The notes beneath the pieces were generated by a model. That model did no database searches. It had not been told where the DNA came from and saw only the letters and a list, made by a program, of their open reading frames with translations. Positions 46,697 through 48,725 of a stretch of 48,725 nt of DNA are shown here, in pieces. Numbering within the stretch: the stretch's first letter is position 1; each line of letters opens with the position of its first letter. Location of the stretch: positions 1 to 48,725 of the IMG/VR virus record IMGVR_UViG_3300011335_000092; one strand, 5' to 3'. A program made the translations under genes and the position numbers. Origin of the DNA: a virus. Lineage: Duplodnaviria > Caudoviricetes.

Positions 46697-47338
46697 ATGT
46701 CACAAATTATTTATAAAAACATTGGTTATGCTTTTGCGGGTAACCTTTTGTCTAACACCGACTTGGCAAAGCAAATTGCAACTGCTTGCCCTAAGTTTTT
46801 AACTCTCAAGGCGGATGACGCTATCAAGACTGACACTCGCGCAGGTATTGTGCAAAGAGTAGCCGAGAGCCATGCAAGCCGAATTGAAGCCTTTATGGTA
46901 TTTAATAAAGACAGTGATAGTTTCATCAAGGTAGATGAAGCAGGCTTCAAGGCTCATAAGGGCGATAAGTTTCACCGAACTGTGGGCTACATTGTTTCAA
47001 CTATTCAGAACCCGCAAGAGTTTCGCGCTATCAAAGAGAAGGCAAAGAAGCAGGCTGTTGAAGATGTCAGAACCCCTGTAAAGCTAGGCGCTAACACTAT
47101 TTACAATAGGCTTGAAACTGCTGTTAAAGATATACTTGAGCCAAAACCTGAGGGTGAAACTAAGCAAGCCGAAGTTTTCCAACTGTGGTCTGACAACTAC
47201 ATTAAAGATATGGAAAAACGCCGCAAAGCTAGCGAGGCACGAAGTGATATCGTACCGCCTAAAGATTGGTTCGCTAAAGAGATAACTATACCAATGCAAG
47301 CCAAGCTAAAAGATTGGTATGCTAAGCAACCGAAGTAA
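46697..47338 (+). CDS. Early hypothetical protein, 213 aa
   Basis: SD GAAAGG, promoter upstream and terminator downstream. Confidence 0.8.
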   Translation: MSQIIYKNIGYAFAGNLLSNTDLAKQIATACPKFLTLKADDAIKTDTRAGIVQRVAESHASRIEAFMVFNKDSDSFIKVDEAGFKAHKGDKFHRTVGYIVSTIQNPQEFRAIKEKAKKQAVEDVRTPVKLGANTIYNRLETAVKDILEPKPEGETKQAEVFQLWSDNYIKDMEKRRKASEARSDIVPPKDWFAKEITIPMQAKLKDWYAKQPK

Positions 47339-47352
47339 TCCTCAACTCAACG

Positions 47353-47376
47353 AAGCCCCGCAAGGGGCTTTTTTTT
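47353..47376 (+). terminator. Intrinsic terminator
   Basis: AAGCCCC-GCAA-GGGGCTT followed by TTTTTT (GNRA loop). Confidence 0.9.
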
Positions 47377-47592
47377 CGCCCTTATTTTTTGGGGTTTCTT
47401 TGAAACCAGTTATCACCAAGCGCTCGCAAAGTATATGACAATCATACATCACACCACATATAGAACACTCATACACCACGCTACACTAAGTATGCGACAA
47501 AACCCCACAAAGCTGATACCAGTTATTAACAGAGCGCACGCAAAGAGTGTCAAGTTCGTGTTTGGTTGGTTTAGTTTTTATATGATGAGTGT

Positions 47593-47620
47593 TTAGTCCT
47601 ATAACATTTGTTATAGCTTT
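47593..47620. promoter_or_regulatory. Palindromic operator 2 (CTATAACA-TT-TGTTATAG)
   Basis: 28-bp TTAGTCCTATAACAwwTGTTATAGCTTT repeated at 48352-48379 with only the two central bases differing. Confidence 0.7.
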
Positions 47621-47799
47621 GTTTGGCTTTGTATCGTGTACCGTTTTCTTAAATGATGTAGTTGTTAGCTGGTGAGCTTGAATAGGGCTTAAGATTTGTA
47701 TCGTTGGGTGATGTGAGAATTGATGAACTTTTTTATTTTTTGTTAACTGAAATCCATGACATGGATTTTACACTCGGTTTTTGACCTTGTCAAACTTTT

Positions 47800-48150
47800 T
47801 TTAATTTTGTTCTGTTCCATATGTAAAGCGGTTTTTGTTCCGCGTAAGTCATTGATTATAAACATTGTTCGCTTGTTCCGCTGTTTTGAAATGAATAAGT
47901 GGTTTACAAATAATTTTGTATTCGTTCGTTTGGATTTTCCCGATGCAAACATTATCGCCAAGGCAGACCCCTATTTTCAAAAATCACGGAACAACGGAAC
48001 AAACCTAATAATAATAATAATATATAATATATTATATATATAAAACAACAACTTACGAACGCACAAATTCTCAAAAACCCCCAATTTCTGTTCCATATGT
48101 AAAGAGGAACAAAATCCTAAAATCGGAACAAACGGAACAAAACAAAACCC
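47800..48150. other. Probable replication origin
   Basis: Multiple TTGTTCC/GGAACAA iteron-like units in both orientations; 19-bp direct repeat (47810-47828, 48086-48104); A/T-only core at about 48006-48045; IHF-consensus sites at 47845-47857 and 48043-48055. Confidence 0.6.
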
Positions 48151-48351
48151 CTCATTTACACCCAAACCAACACCTATATAAACTCAAACTAATACCTATA
48201 CATACAACACCCCACAAAATACTTGGTCAAACCCCTATGTTTATATGTAAAGTTATGAGATAATATAAGAATAGTAGAGAAGTTGTTGAGCATGTGCAGT
48301 TAGATGTTGTTGTGTGTTTAGTTATTATTTTTTGGTTTGTTATATGTTTAG

Positions 48352-48379
48352 TTAGTCCTATAACAAATGTTATAGCTTT
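48352..48379. promoter_or_regulatory. Palindromic operator 3 (CTATAACA-AA-TGTTATAG)
   Basis: Lies just upstream of the AGGAGG SD of the 48399 gene. Confidence 0.7.
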
Positions 48380-48398
48380 ATTTAGGAGGGTATGAGTT

Positions 48399-48671
48399 AT
48401 GAGTTTATTACGTGATGATGTTCGTATGGTGTTATGTAGAGCTGACAGCGATGAAGAAGCTGGCGAGTTAGTTTGGGAGTTCCGCACAGTCAATCCGTTG
48501 TTGCAAGTTCTAAACCTAAGCATCCTACATGAGTGGTATGTCAACGACACCAAAACCAAGAAGTTCTACCGAGTGCATATCCCTCATACAAGCGAAACAA
48601 GAAATGCAGTATTCAATACCCGTGATGATGCGGTTCACTTCGTTAATGACTTTATTTTACGATACAGATAG
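48399..48671 (+). CDS. Hypothetical protein, 90 aa
   Basis: SD AGGAGG 9 nt upstream. Confidence 0.7.
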   Translation: MSLLRDDVRMVLCRADSDEEAGELVWEFRTVNPLLQVLNLSILHEWYVNDTKTKKFYRVHIPHTSETRNAVFNTRDDAVHFVNDFILRYR

Positions 48672-48680
48672 GAGTATGGC

Positions 48681-48725
48681 ATGAGTAGCGATGACTGGGA
48701 TAAGGTAGTTGGTTGGTGTTGTGCT
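48681..48725 (+). CDS. Hypothetical protein, 3'-truncated (MSSDDWDKVVGWCCA...)
   Basis: SD AGGAG then ATG; frame is open to the window end. Confidence 0.5.
   Translation, partial: MSSDDWDKVVGWCCA

Larger units (their letters stand above)
46531..47548 (+). repeat. Dispersed repeat TGAwACCAGTTATyA-N4/5-GCGCwCGCA, 3 copies (46531-46565, 47401-47431, 47514-47548)
   Basis: Copies 1 and 3 match at 30 of 35 positions; copy 2 is more divergent. Confidence 0.85.
1..48725. mobile_element. Tailed dsDNA bacteriophage genome segment (podovirus-like; probable Methylophilaceae host)
   Basis: Terminase, portal, capsid, adaptor/nozzle, fibres, endolysin and primase-helicase in compact overlapping operons; no housekeeping genes or integrase seen; host inferred from the pqqA peptide sequence. 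Confidence 0.95.

Noticed and set aside
46531-48379. Dispersed repeats as a CRISPR or mini-array
   Set aside because: Spacing is irregular (about 110-870 bp), repeats are degenerate, and no cas genes are present
47743-48559. ORFs 47743-47961, 47756-48043, 47977-48165 and 48227-48559
   Set aside because: Low-complexity translations of the repeat/AT-rich region or antisense to a supported gene, without convincing SD
1-48725. Stop-codon reassignment or prophage status
   Set aside because: Genes are intact and tightly packed under the standard code with all three stops used; no integrase, att site or host flank is visible (the remainder of the genome is outside the window)

Overview
The window is most of a tailed dsDNA phage genome (Caudoviricetes, podovirus-like, P22-type gene order). 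No integrase, host genes, rRNA, tRNA or CRISPR array were seen. Layout: (i) 1-5.7 kb, + strand replication module: SNF2-like helicase (5'-truncated), putative SSB, HTH protein, AEP primase-helicase. (ii) 5.7-45.8 kb, - strand packaging/morphogenesis/lysis module: TerS, TerL, portal, GroES-like protein, scaffold, decoration proteins, Mu-gpT-like major capsid protein, a cluster of small Lys/Gly-rich proteins, adaptors, fibres, M15 endolysin plus holin, nozzle, and three ejection-type proteins including a 2317-aa polyvalent protein. (iii) 45.8-48.7 kb control region with sigma70 promoters, cassette-like early genes, repeated operators and a probable replication origin. The main discovery missed by the ORF track is a 23-codon pqqA gene (MWTKPAATEMRFGFEVTCYVMNK, 36704-36775, -), the PQQ cofactor precursor peptide. 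It sits with an HNH nuclease gene just downstream of the capsid gene and points to a Methylophilaceae-type host. Other highlights are a double-pseudoknot RNA (Mu-gpT-DE-like) and a three-way-junction RNA flanking a capsid-accessory gene, and two short peptide motifs (hydrophobic-[AK]-x-GG and G-x-x-x-[RS]GKT[KR]G[KR]) shared by many otherwise unrelated virion-module proteins. All family assignments come from motif recognition by eye; no database search was run.
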